A DNA stretch of 64,000 bases from Octopus sinensis (taxonomy: Eukaryota): positions 55,366,001-55,430,000 of the forward strand of contig NC_043009.1 in assembly GCF_006345805.1 (NCBI RefSeq), written 5' to 3'. The notes beneath the pieces are model-generated. The model had not been told where the DNA came from and made no database searches. It saw only the letters and a program-made list of their open reading frames with translations. Positions 26,351 to 39,391 of this stretch are shown here, in pieces. The first letter of the stretch is position 1. Each line of letters begins with the position of its first letter. The translations under genes were made by a program, and so were the position numbers.

Positions 26351-26884
26351 TTGGCATAAGAACACACATACATGCATATAATCGATTGTATTGATCTCCA
26401 GTACTTAACTTCTTTTATCGAACTCGTGGCATGACGAAAGGTGAAGTCGAGCTCAACGTGACTTGACAGCATAAAAAAGAAAGATAAGATGAGCTTCGGA
26501 CAAAGAACAAGGCTCAACATGTTTTGAAATATGATTTTGTCTGAGTAAATTAGTGATTTTTACAGATTAAACCGTCCAACAAAACTTCATGTTTGTCTCA
26601 AACACCATCTTAAACGTCGAAAATTATTTTCCATATTAGTTGAGAGAATTTGTTTAATCAACAGAAATATGGTAACAGAATGGGTTAACGGTTGTTTCAT
26701 TTGACCAATTTTGCTCTGAGTTTGATTTCAAAGGTTTATTTGGGTTTGGTTGAGGTGAAAACGAAATTCCCCACCCTTTTTTTAAAAGTACAAATCTCTC
26801 GTTTTTCTTTCTCGTTTCCGTATCCTGTACGATACTTAAGTTGTTTTGTTTTTTTTTTAAGTAAAGGAGAAAGGAATGTGTGGT

Positions 26885-27205
26885 ATTTATCTTGTTTCAA
26901 TCATTGGACTGCGACGATGCTGGGGCCCCGTCTTGAAAGGGTTTTAGTCGAACTTATTTATTAAAGTTTGGTACTTATTCTATCAGTCTCTTTGCCGAAC
27001 CGCAATGTTACGGGACATAAACAAGCCAATACCGGTTGTTAATCGATGGGAAGACATACAGACACACACACACACATATACGACGGGCTTCTTTTTGTTT
27101 CTGTCTACCAAATCCACTTACAAGGCTATAGTAGAAGACACTTGCCCAAGGTGCCACGCAGTGGGACTGAACCTGAAACCTCTTGTCGCACAACCACGCC
27201 TGCTC
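26885..27205 (-). mobile_element. SINE family A, diverged
   Basis: Minus-strand match to 6712-7116. Confidence 0.75.
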
Positions 27206-27905
27206 CCAAAAGTATTAATAGCCAAAGAGTAGTTTAGAATCCACTCACACTCATGCCGACTAAATATTTAATTATAATCACACACACACTCCTCTTAACG
27301 TTATATATTCATGACAAAGCACAAAATTCGAGTAAAAGTAAATGACAGAACTGTCACGAGCAACTTACGACCCGCGAATCTTTCTGAACGAAAAATTACT
27401 TTCGGCCCGCCGGATGATGAGCCATTTGTCGTGCGGCCCGCTTCTCGAAAAAAGGTTGGCTATGCCTATTCTAGAATATTTATTAGTTTCATAAATGAAA
27501 GGAAATGTTTACATGTGGGGTAGGGGGAAAACGTGGACAATGTCCAAGAAGTCGGCTTCTCGGGAACATTATCTCTATTCTCCGTCTCTTGACAACGGGC
27601 AAAAATATTTCTTTTTGAATATTTAATTGCAAAAATTCACTTCTGTGTCTCTGTTTGTCCACGACGACTTTGGTTTGAAGACGTTGCTATTTAATTTGAA
27701 AAGCATGAACACGAAAACTTCTCATTTCTGCTGGTTTGATAAATTAGCCAAGACTGCTGGGGTTGAAGTATGAAGTGGTCACGGTTCTGTTTTTTTTAAA
27801 ATAGCAAAACAAACATCACAATTTCACCATAAATATCTATATACAGCGTTGCATCTATGATCCCTGATGTCTGCTAAGCTATATATATATATATATATTT
27901 AATGT

Positions 27906-28149
27906 AGTCGTTGGTTACGGCCGGTCAAAAAGTTACCAATAGTTTCACACCTATTATACTCTTAGCAATATCAGCGACTCATTAGACCTGCTGACCGAAG
28001 GCACATGACCTGTCTACTAAAGGAGGTCTTGGCCAGTTAGGATTGTGAAATTTCAATATTTGCTTGCTCGGCAGATCTGCTGATATTGCTAAGAGCATGA
28101 TAGGTGTGAAACCAACGGTATGTTCTGATCGACTATATAACCAACGATA
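27906..28149. mobile_element. MITE with long TIRs
   Basis: gtttcacacctattatactcttagcaatatcagc pairs with gctgatattgctaagagcatgataggtgtgaaac (2 mismatches). Outer gtcgttggtta pairs with taaccaacga. Confidence 0.65.
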
Positions 28150-28439
28150 GCATTAAATATTACTGCACAAAAGGCTTTTGGTGTTTGCTTTTTCTTTTCC
28201 GGACTAACAAACAACTGACCGATTGGAGAGACAAATATAATGTCATGTGTTTGTATATACTGCACACTTATTTCCTTTTACTAGCTTGGGTTGTGTTTTG
28301 GGAGTTTTTGGTTGTCCAATTTGATGTTAAATGTCTCTTCCATTTAGCACACACACACATACATACATACATATATATGTATATATTTGCACCATGTGGA
28401 AAATATTCCACCAATATTATCCAAATGATATCGGTATTA

Positions 28440-28760
28440 TGTTTACAATTCACTCAAGACTAGGCCCCCGTGCAATGCGTCCCCTACAAAGGTCGAGATC
28501 ACATCACATAAGAACATTGCGGACACAGTTTCTTCACTGCAAATGGTCCTGCACTTTTCAATGTTATCCCGAAAGAAATTAAAGTAGAAAAAGACCTCAG
28601 AACTTTCAAACGGTACCTGGACAAATTCTACCGGGAAATACCGGATAAACCACCTACGCCTGGATGCGTCTCAACCAGTAACAACTCTCTGCTTGAGTGA
28701 TCCATTGTGTCCCGAAATAATTAACTAAAAGACTTTTCCCAGGTGGTGCTATTGAGTTAG
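28440..28760 (+). mobile_element. CR1-clade LINE extreme 3' end
   Basis: Encodes HSRLGPRA..NGPALFNVIPKEIK..FKRYLDKF..IPDKP..NNSLLE*. Homologous to 19480-19580. Confidence 0.8.
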
Positions 28761-28974
28761 TCATGGCCTGGGCCCATAATGGTCGAAACCAATTTAAGTT
28801 ATTGTGTTAACGTTTTTCGACAAAATGTCATTTAAAAGAAGGGATTTTAGCGAGTAGTGAGGAAACAAACTCGGGGCCGCCAAACAGTACCCATTCCTAT
28901 ATGCATGTGTATAAATCACATACGTATAATAAACATTTTTTTAGCATAATTGTTGAGTCGCTATCATCCGGTGC

Positions 28975-29782
28975 AATGTAGCTGTGTGATAAGAAGCTTG
29001 CTTCCTAACCACATGGTTCTGGGTTCACAGTCCCACTGCATGATACCTTGGGCAAGTGTCTTCTACTATAGCCTTGGGCCGACCGAAGCTTTGTGAGTGG
29101 ATTTGGTAAACGGAAACTGAAAGAAACCCGTCGTGGTAATTCAGTAAAGGGACATAACTAAATATGCCAAAGTATGTTGTCGGATACTTTACTTTTGTCA
29201 CTCGTCGTCATCTTTATCTGTTATTTACAACTGATTTCTAGCTTCGCTTTGGAGGAAAGGATTATTTCCTCGACTTAGCAAAACTATCTATTTGTATCTC
29301 TCACACATAAATCTGTATTTCTGACTGGTTATCTAGCTATCATGTCTTACTGCTTTCATAAAACATTGCAGCATATATAATATATATAAACTGAACGTAA
29401 ACCATATATATATAGAGAGAGAGGCAGTAGGAGATTCTGTAATTGCTAGCGATATTCGCTTCACAGACTGGTCTTGTTGGTAGTCCTGCTATAGGGTCAG
29501 TGGTTACTTTATGGTCCTTGCGAAGTCCATACAGTGCCGGGATATCGTTGTTCCAGGCTTAGAAATTGTTTGCTGTACGTTTCTGGGGTCCCAGAACAAT
29601 TGTCCACATCATCATCATATATATATGCATGTTTGTGTTTGTCCCCTTGTCACCGCTTGACAACCGGAGTTAGTGTGTTTGTGTCCCCCGTAACTTAACA
29701 GTTCGGCAAAGGAGACCGATTAAATAAGTACTAGATTTTAAAAAAGAAGGCCTGGGAGTCGATTCGTTCGACTAAAACTCTT
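28975..29782 (+). mobile_element. SINE family A split by an insertion (28975-29135 and 29620-29782)
   Basis: The 5' half and 3' half of family A are separated by about 480 bp of unrelated sequence. Confidence 0.65.
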
Positions 29783-32700
29783 CGCGGTGCTCCAGCATGG
29801 CTACACACACACACTCTCTCTCTGTGTGTAACAAATTATGTGTAACGGGCGGTACTTTATCTTTTTCCTATAACAAATAAGATTAGGGAATTGTACACTG
29901 CTGCTTTTTCGCGTCGAGAGCATTGAGGGAACTAGGCGAACAGGGCACCTCCATTTAGGGACAAGAATGGGCTCGAATCTGAGTTGTGGCAGTAAGCATT
30001 AGTTACCGTCTTACTTGATACCACTCTTTAGTATCTGAATTCTCGTTATGTTTACAAATGGATATTGTCAATCCAAAATATTTAAAACACTCGACCTCCG
30101 AGACGCCTGCAGACTGGAAAAGTAAATATGTCCTGATGAGTTTCGGTTCCACTTTCCTCTTAGTAAGCCTTACAGTTTCGTTTTGTCCGCACGAAAGACA
30201 TAAACGTCCACAATTTATTTTTTCATTAACTACAGATTCGAAGTTGTGTCCATTATAAATCAGTGTATGTTTCTTTGTTGGGAAAATTAAAAAAGAAAGC
30301 AGCAACCCGTTTTGTAAAATATAGAGGACAGTATGATGTAGTATTTGTTTATCAAATTCGTCCCAAAACATTGAGAGGTAAAGTCTGCTATACACACACG
30401 TGTGTGTATGTATGTACACTGGAATCTACAAGTTTTTTTTCATTCTCTCTGTTTATTTTCCCTTATTCCTTTTTGTTGAAGAGCGTAGGGTCGAAACGTG
30501 AATTCTATTATACGGGTTAAAATTTTTTTTTTGTTAATAATCAGTAGAAGTTACAGTGACTAAAGGGCCGAAAGTTTCGTGCGTTAATTTCTGTCAATTA
30601 TTAATTAAAAACCGTGTGTCTCTGTGTGTAAACCGTGTCCCGCATGGAGGAATGAAAGCTCAGCATTTTTAATGGTAAATTGGCCCATTTATAAGTTTCA
30701 TTCCACTTCTCTTAAATATTAAAGACCTAGAAATGAAAACCAGCTCCTTCTCTTATCTGAAACGGAAAGTGAACTAAGCTTTGTTCCTTTTAAAGGTAAT
30801 AACAGGTAGTATTTAATTGTTTGAATTTATGAGTAAAGGAACTGAATTCAGGCCTGACTTCCAGTTTTGCGAATTCACTTCGTACGGACAATGAAAAACG
30901 AAAATAAAACTTTGGAATGATGCAAGAAAGTATTACACTCTGAATATTAATGGTAAAGATAAAATGACAGCTTTTCCCCGTCCCCAAATTTTAGCGAATA
31001 AGCAGGACTGGGTGTTTATACATTGATGGTCGTTTTAGGATTAACTAAAGAAAACCAGTCTACACGGATGTTATACGTGTCTAAGACATCATTTCATCTG
31101 AGTTTTCTTTTTTGCTCGTTATTCTTTCTTCCATGCTCTCCTCTAAATATTTTCTTAATACTTCAGAATACTCCAATATTCTTCAACTTTGTCCTCAACT
31201 GGATTGTGTGGATTTGTGCATTTGAAGATTTCCTGGATATTACTGTGGGATGATTGTTTTATGAACACTGACATTGATTGTGCTGATAACATCACAATAA
31301 TTGGTGAAAACTAATGTGAATATCCAATCAGCCATTGAAAGCCTCAGTTAATCGAAGTTTTTGAACTCAGACATATCCCATAGGTGAGACCCCATGATAT
31401 TGGAATTTAGTTTGTATGCAGAAGATTCCCTTGAGGAAATTTGAGCTCATGACCTCCCAGCAAGTAGATATATCTCACTTCTATTCAGTTGCAAATACCT
31501 CCCCTTGACTGCTTGCTGCATTTTTTTCATACTGCTACTGTCATTTGTCCCATCATTACCAGTAGTCAAGCTTGAAATTAATTCATAAAACTTCAGGAAA
31601 TAGTTAATTCAGGTGCGTATATATTTCATGCAAGTGCTGTAGAGTGATGGTAAACTCCGTCTGCAATGCAGGTTCAGTTCCTGTTTGGAAAATTTATTTT
31701 ACTCTTTCTTTATATCTGCAATTTCTAGTCCTTCAGGCTGACTTGGGCTTCTAATACACTACTTGAAGATAAATAAAGCAGTAGGTGTTGACTCAACAAA
31801 CTATCAAATTTGGATTGATTTTAATGCATGCACCATATAGTGGCAGTGTGCACCTAGTAAGTTGAATTTACTTAAATGATTTAGTTACTAGTTAAGCAAT
31901 TTTATTTCACTTGACTTGCATTGTTACAATTTTTATCCATTGTCATTAGCCTCGAGCAGGATAAACTTTTAATTAAGCTAAAACATGAGACAGGGTGGAT
32001 GGAACCTCTGTGCACTTACTCAACCTTCTAGAATTAGCACCAAATTATCATTAAACAACACCCTATTTACTTACTTAAACTCTTCACTCACTATGGTACT
32101 GAGGCCATCAAAACTTTTCCTCACTGATCTTGACTCTGGGCTGTCGTCCTCTCCCAGGCCTTGTTGGTTTTGAATTATTGTCAATGCTTCTCTAACGTCG
32201 CTTTTTTCTTAGTAGGAGTGTTGGTCATGCACGAATTCATTTTTACCTCTAGGAAGATGTGGCCCACATTAGTTTGGCCTCTGTCCTTTGACTTGTCCAG
32301 CCTGAGAAACCCTACTAGGAGCTTACACTCCACTGCCATATCTCTCAGGATCATTGAGGTACACAACCCACCATGCTGCAACAAGGACTGGACCTTGTGC
32401 AGGGAACAACAACCCACTAACTCTCCCCCCCCCAAAAAAAAAATCAAAATCAAAGAAAGAATATCCTGTTTGGATTGCCTTTTGATCTTAGGTCTGCTCT
32501 CTGACTTTTGACTTTGGGTTAAACAACTACAGTATAAAAGGGCATTTTCATTCAGTGTCTGTCACTGGAATCAGGCATGAGCAACTGTGCTTGAGAAGCA
32601 GGTTGCATGGGAATTGGTTCATCATCAGGTGGGTAGCTCTACTGACAAAATTCAATGTAAAATTTCAGAAAGTCCTATGGGTCACATGTGGTTTGTGTGC

Positions 32701-35280
32701 CACAGCTTTTCTCATGATTGACTTTTATACTGTGAATAGGAGGAGGTTTGTTTCTTTCTCTCTAATATTTTTTCTCTCAATTTGGAATTTAGAATTGGTA
32801 AAGTTGGTGTTTTCATAAACCAAGATACAATTGTATTGAGCCTGAAATTGGAATATAATAAAAGAACTAAAATTTTGTTTATGAATTAAAATCTGATTTT
32901 TAGTTTTGATTTGGTTTTTACTCCTTACCCCTTCTGGTTTTTTCTTCTTTTTTTTATGCGGTTCAAAGTATGCGTGTATTGATGAATGGTCAGTTATGAC
33001 ATGATGCTAGAGTCTGGGGGTTTCAGTGTTTTACTAGTAATTACATAAGATTATCTAATTGGAGTAAATTAGTTTGCAGTGAGAAAATCATAAAGTTCTA
33101 GGCAAGTCCATTAATGATAAAGGTAAAATAATTCAATCCACCTGCCCAACACGAGAATTGAGATCCTAAAATCATGATGCCATTTAAAAGGCACAGGTGC
33201 TTGTACCACTTAAGCACTTGTGATGGTGCCACATTAAAAGCACCCACTATACTCTGGAGTGATTGGCATTAGGAAGGGCATCCAGCCATAGAAACCAGGC
33301 TGAAACAGACTGGAACCTGATGCAACCTCTGGTCTTTCCAGTTCTTGTTAAGCTGTCCTACTCGTGCTAGCATGGAAAACATGTTAAATGATGATAATGA
33401 TGATTTTGTGAACTTGTACTTACTTTATACAGACTGTTGCTAATTTACATTTACAGATAGCAAATGAATGGTAAAGTTGGTAAGGTATTGGAGAGTTTGT
33501 AGCAGGTCATGAGGTCTTCATTACCAGTTACAGACATTAAGTTGTGTCTCCTGGCAAGAAATTTAACCCTTTCATTACCGTTTTCCGATTGAAATTCACT
33601 GTCATACACGGTAATAAAATATCAGATACTGTTTTTCAATGCTAATAATGTATATCTGAAGAGAATCTGTGACTTTGCAAGAATGTTGGAATCTTTCTTC
33701 AGTTTTCATGCTGTAGCTATGAATAACTTTACTTTTGGGATGCAAGCTATTGTTGAAATGTTACCTCTCTGCTAAGTTTTTTGTTTTTATTTTTGGTATT
33801 CTGAAAATTGCAGTGTAAAACAACAGATACTTTTGTTCGTGGGTTGCTTTTTTTCTGTAGAATTTCTCTTTTTTGAGTCTACCATTGTTAAGTTGCAGCC
33901 AACTTGGACAATTGGGCCCCATGATTTAGGTCCTGTAGCTGGTGCTTACCAAATCTTTCCATGTATGAATAAATAAAAATATAGTCAAGTAAATTACTGA
34001 TGATAGAGGGTGCACTATATAATTAATGTGTATTTTGTATTGCTGAGTTCAAATGCAGTTTGGCGCTCTCTTTGACACAATTCTGGAATCTCCAGGGTAG
34101 GTGGAACTTTGTAGCCCTAAAAAGCAATTCAATGTAAAACCTACAACTTGCTGGTCACTGGTCCACTGTGGTCAGACCTCCAAGTCTAAAGAGTGGGATT
34201 GGACTGCACTGACTGGCTCAGACTTTAAAACCTAAGTGCAAGCAGGAAGAAAAACCCTGTAGTGTCAACGATTAGTTTACACAATAGCTTGAGGACCTGA
34301 AGAAACTGCCATCACTATTGAATTCAAATTCAAGCATGGGCCTGCAGAAGTCAACAATTAGCTGCTCTGTTATTCATCTTCAGGTACTTACTATTGAATC
34401 AAGGTCCTAGTTTTGATTGGCACCGGTCTTGAATGACTAGCTTGCTGTTCTATGTAAGTTCATTATCCATAGGCATCTATCACTAATGGACATATTACAA
34501 GACTGTCAAGCTTCTATGAAGTTGCTTGATTGGCAACAAATACCTGTCAAATCTCATCCTGGCACCTAAAAAAAAAAAAGAATGAGTGCTACATTGTATA
34601 ATATAGTCCTAAATAGACCACACCTGAAAAAGAAAAGAAAAAAAGGACAAAATGGACATGGTCACATTGATTTTGGTCATAGATTATGGCTGACCGGGTG
34701 CTAAAAAACAAAAACTACTCAGCTGTGAAAGATCTCATGGTGAAGACGATGTGGTTTAGTCGCAGGTCAACCCTAACTGAGCAAACTTGTGAGCAAAAGC
34801 ATTCTAGTTTATTTTTCTGAAGACAGTTGGAGATTTGGTTGCTATTTCTGGTGTAGTGAGTGAATCCATATAAAGCTCCTTCATTGATTTGTAATAGTGA
34901 GTAAGGTTGTGGTAGTAGCATTGATGATGATGATGATGACGATGACGATGATAGTGATAGTGTCATCATTGCCTTCATCAGTGTCTGTATCAAACTTTTC
35001 ATCTACAACAGCATGTACTTGATACAGCTTTGATAGTGAATTCATCCTTCATCATCACACAGTACAGCTGTATAAAAAGAGATTTGAATGCACTACTGTG
35101 AGTACAGGAGAGTTAGCTATGCAGTTCTCTAATGGCTTTGATTAAATGAACTGTGTTTATCTATGTATGGTACCTCTTTACAACTAAGTGGTGGGCAGCT
35201 GTTTAAGAATAGTCAGAATTGCAGTGTAGGAGCAGAGACTAATTGTGATCTGTGAAACCTGAATATAAGTAAAAGCATTG

Positions 35281-35910
35281 TGCACAAGGCGTAGCCGTGC
35301 GATTAAGAAGTTTGCTTTGTAACTACAGTTTCAGGTTCAGTCCCACTGTCCAGCATCTTGGACAAGTGTCTTCTACTACAGTCCCCAGGCCAACCACTGT
35401 TTTGTGAATGAATTTGACAGAATCTGTGGAAGCCAGTTGTCTGTGCGCGCACACACACACGCTTGTGCATATATGTATTTATGTCCCACTCTCTTCTAAC
35501 ACTTGGCAACTAGTGTTGGTTTGTTTACATCCCTGTAATGTAGCAGTTCAGTTGATGAAAGATAGAATAAGTACCTGACTTAACCCTTTAGCATTCAGAT
35601 TACTTTGCCAAATACAATGCTTATTTATTTACACAATAATGAATTAGTCCTGCATTATTGCAGAGCTTCAAGAGGTCAGTGATATGATTCTTTATTTTTA
35701 GAATGACATTGTAGGATAGGTGTGATAGGCTGGATCTGACTGGTTTAAACATAAAACGGCTTGAATATTAGGGCCTGATAAGGCCGTTTAAATACTAAAG
35801 GGTTATAAGTAACAAGTACTGGAGGAGATTCAATTTCCCTCTTCAAGGCATTACCCCAGCATGGCCACAGTCCAGTGACCTAAACAAGTAAAAAGTAAAA
35901 GCAAAAAGAT
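35281..35910 (+). mobile_element. SINE family A interrupted by a piggyBac-like MITE
   Basis: Head at 35281. The tail resumes after 35806. Confidence 0.7.
35584..35802. mobile_element. piggyBac-like MITE
   Basis: TTAA|CCCTTTAGCA ... TACTAAAGGG|TTAT: TIRs with a TTAA-type TSD, one side mutated. Confidence 0.7.
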
Positions 35911-37080
35911 AAATAAATAGTTTCAATTAAATTCATTAACAAATTGATCTTGTGTCTCTGGTTAGGGTTTATTTGAGGGTGACAATGTTGGCATTCATTG
36001 AGTTAAAGCACATTCCAAACATTACCATTTTGTCATTCTTTTTTAATGAGCCTTCTTCTCAATGGGCCTATATTACATGCTTTAATATGCACTTAAAACT
36101 TCTGTTTAACTGCTGAAATTGGGTTGTATCTAATACGCCTGGGCGTCTTTTATGCCATCCAGTATAGTAGTAACTATTGATTTGATTGGATGGGAATGGA
36201 TGGGAAGATTACAATCTATACATTAGAAGTCAGTTTCAGTCTTGCTTGCTTGCTTGCAATGTTACCCAGGCAAATAAGCGCATAATGGGAAAATACTATG
36301 AATTAAGTTTACCCTGAAATGTTAATGGGAACGGAATGAAACAATTTTCGCGTAAATTGGAGCTGTAGTTATTGAGATATTCGGGGTTTGGGGTATAAAT
36401 ACCCACAACGGTGCATAACGTGAAAATGTTCCGAATTTAACTTCATTCGGGAAGGGAAGAAACTCTAAGCTTTCGATTAGACTGATTTGTTTTTTGTTTT
36501 TTTTACCGTAAATATATATACATACAACCTTCGACAGAGTAACAGTCATATATACAACTTGAACAGACATACATATCAGTACATAAACATACGTTTACAT
36601 ATACACACACGCAGACACGTCTACACAATTACATAGGTAAATTCTCACATGGAAAGCAAACTTTAAATGATGATGATATATATATCTTTGTGTGTGTGGA
36701 CATCATAGAAATTTAGAAACTTCAAAATAACTCTATTTTTGGAGTGGTGAAAGATGAAGCTAGTGTTAATATTGAGTGGCTCTTTGGAAAGACAAGCTTT
36801 CAACTTATACTATCCAAAGGTTTTTTTTTAAATGATATTTACACTCTTATTACTCTATTATTTATAGCTTTATCCGCTTTATATACTTCGTCTTCTTTTC
36901 ATTGGATATATATATATATATATAAATATTTAAGTAGATAAATGAATTATCTTATTACGGATAATTCGAAAGATAACCGATACCTGGGTAGCAAACTCAC
37001 AACAGAAAGAACACGGTTGAAGTTACGACCATAGGGCAAATACTCCGTGCCTTAGTGTGGAAATTTGAAGTTTAATTTAA

Positions 37081-37411
37081 TATTATAAGTATAGGAAAAA
37101 ATGGAGCTGAGCGAAGATTTAACAAAATTCCTTTATTTTATTTTCGACATATGTTTCGAAGTCTGCAAAATTCCTAATTCCAAATGAATAAGGAGTCCAT
37201 TATGCAGCTTTCTCATCAGGAGAGAAATAAGTACTAGGCTTCCAAAGAATAAGTCCTGGGGTCGATTTGCTTGACTAAAGGCAGTGCTTCAGCTGCATAA
37301 TGGACTCCTTATTGATTCGGAATTAGGAATTTTGCAGACTTCGAAATATATGTCGAAAAGAAAATAAAGGAATTTTGTTAAATCTTCGCTCAGCTCCATT
37401 CTTTCCTATAC

Positions 37412-37419
<8 letters not shown>
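37081..37419. repeat. 129-bp inverted duplication (Penelope-type footprint)
   Basis: 37081-37209 versus 37291-37419, 5 mismatches, 81-bp spacer. Confidence 0.92.
37135..37232 (-). ncRNA. Type I hammerhead ribozyme motif (Penelope-like), canonical core
   Basis: CTGATGA at 37219-37213, a long imperfect stem II, GAAA at 37157-37154, a palindromic CATATG stem III and a GTC cleavage triplet (C at 37146). Stem I is ttattt(ctc)tc/gaaaataa. Confidence 0.65.
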
Positions 37420-37452
<33 letters not shown>

Positions 37453-37950
37453 TCTTCATTTAGCATCTGCTTCCCTTGTTGGCATGGCTTGGACAGTTTG
37501 ACAGGAGGTGGCAAACCAAGGGTCTGCACCAAACTTCACTATATGTTTTGGTATGGTTGTCCTTCCTAACACACACACATGTACGCACACACACTCTCTC
37601 TCTCTTACTTTCTGTTTAAAAGCATCCATTTATAGTGTAAGCAGTATGCAACATGTGTTCAACTCAAAAATTGTAACCATTCCGTCTCTAATACTTCTTT
37701 TAATAAATACATAGGCGTGGACATAATAAATATCGCAAACTTTCGTCCTCTCCTTTCTTCGCCATAGTATACCATAAAAACCCATGTAATTTGCACACCT
37801 GTGTAATTTATGCAGGTGATTTTCAGGATAACATTTATTAAAAAAAAGCTTCTACTCATGTAAAATTCACACCCAAAAGTTTTCAGAATTGCCAATATAA
37901 CCAGGGGTAAAAGGTTTTCAATTTAGTTGTATTTAGCATTTCGCTTGCTT

Positions 37951-38346
37951 ATCTCTTTTACTCTTTTACTTGTTTCAGTCAGTTGACTGCGGCCACGCTG
38001 AAGCACCGCCTTTACTCAAGCAAATCGACTCCAGGACTTATTCTTTGGAAGCCTAGTACTTATTCTATCGGTCTCTTTTGTCAAACTGCTAAGTTACGGG
38101 GACGTTAACACACCAGCATCGGTTATCAAGTGATGTTGGGGGGGACACAGACACACAAACATATACACACACATACATATATATGACAGACTTCTTTCAG
38201 TTTCCGTCTACCAAATCCACTCAAAAGGCTTTGGTCTAGGTGAGACTATAGTAGAAGACACTTGCCCAAGGTGCCACGCAGTGGGACTGAACCCGGAACC
38301 ATGTGGTTGGTAAGCAAGCTACTTCCCACACAGCCACTCCTGCACC
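37951..38346 (-). mobile_element. SINE family A, full length
   Basis: Near-identical to 6712-7116. Confidence 0.9.
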
Positions 38347-38949
38347 TATTATGATTAGATTTTATTAAATTTTCAATAAATGAAGATAATTTCTGTTTAA
38401 CACGTATCACATTGAAAGCTATTAAATTACAAAATGTTTATGTTGTTTATAATAAACTTTATTTTATATTTCTTGCCCACAAGAGATTAGCATACTAATG
38501 TCCGATCTTTAGCATACTGCTGTGTGTGTTCTCAAATCACAATCTAAGGATAAGTTGTTGATAAGAATTACTAACAAAAACAAAGCTGATAAATATGCAC
38601 AGGTGTTGCAAATTATATTTAATTACCAATAACCATCAGCTTGGATGACGCTTTACTCAACTGACAGAGGAAGGTGACCGATCAAACTAATTATATAAGC
38701 AGAAATCTTTTACACCTACTGTTTTCGGAACCTTTGATACAGAGTATCGAAATTTTAATCCGTTTCACACTTATAAAATGTTAAGCAAACTTTAAATTTT
38801 GTCATTATACCATTATTGTCAGTATGGGCAAGACTTATTGTTTACTGCGAAGGAGAAATTAAATATGTTAGTTAGTTAATTTTTTGGCTCAAAAAGCAAA
38901 AAGCAAGGCCATGTAGGGGGACATGGAGTTATGTACAGGGTGGTGTTCA

Positions 38950-39085
38950 TGCAAAGAGTTCAGGCCATTTCTGGTCAAGAGAGACTTTGAACCGAGCGGT
39001 CGTTGGTAGCTTATTCCACGGATCCGCAACCCGGACGGAGAAAGCCCCTCTCCTTCGATTGAGGTGAAATCGTCCGTGACAGTAG
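38950..39085 (-). mobile_element. CR1/L2-like LINE 3' fragment
   Basis: Encodes HLNRRRGAFSVRVADPWNKLP..FKVSLDQKW. Confidence 0.65.
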
Positions 39086-39391
39086 ATCTGCTGGAAGGTT
39101 TTTAATGTTAATGAAGCCAATGTTAGAAATTGGTGTAAACAATACGACAAACTAGTAATAAACAGACAAAAATAAAAACATGCGATTAAGATTATCCATA
39201 TCATTACATTTTTTCTGTCAGGAATATCCATATCACCATGTATGTCCATGGTGCTCCTTTGCAATAGGCAGAAACTCCAAGCAATGTAAAATATGGCCCA
39301 GACCATGTTTACCACCATGAACATCAGACTTCAAAAAGTAGTTAACCATTTAATGGTTTTAGTAAATTTATACAGAAAAGTACTCATTATA

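Noticed and set aside
30133-30139. Other CTGATGA hits (30133, 33997, 60528, and minus strand about 15853) as hammerheads
   Set aside because: None has a correctly placed stem II-GAAA-stem III downstream.
30003-30419. 138-aa minus-strand ORF as a nested gene in ING intron 1
   Set aside because: Only a short EVECFKYFGLTI segment looks protein-like, and it resembles a decayed LINE RT C-terminus. There is no splice structure.
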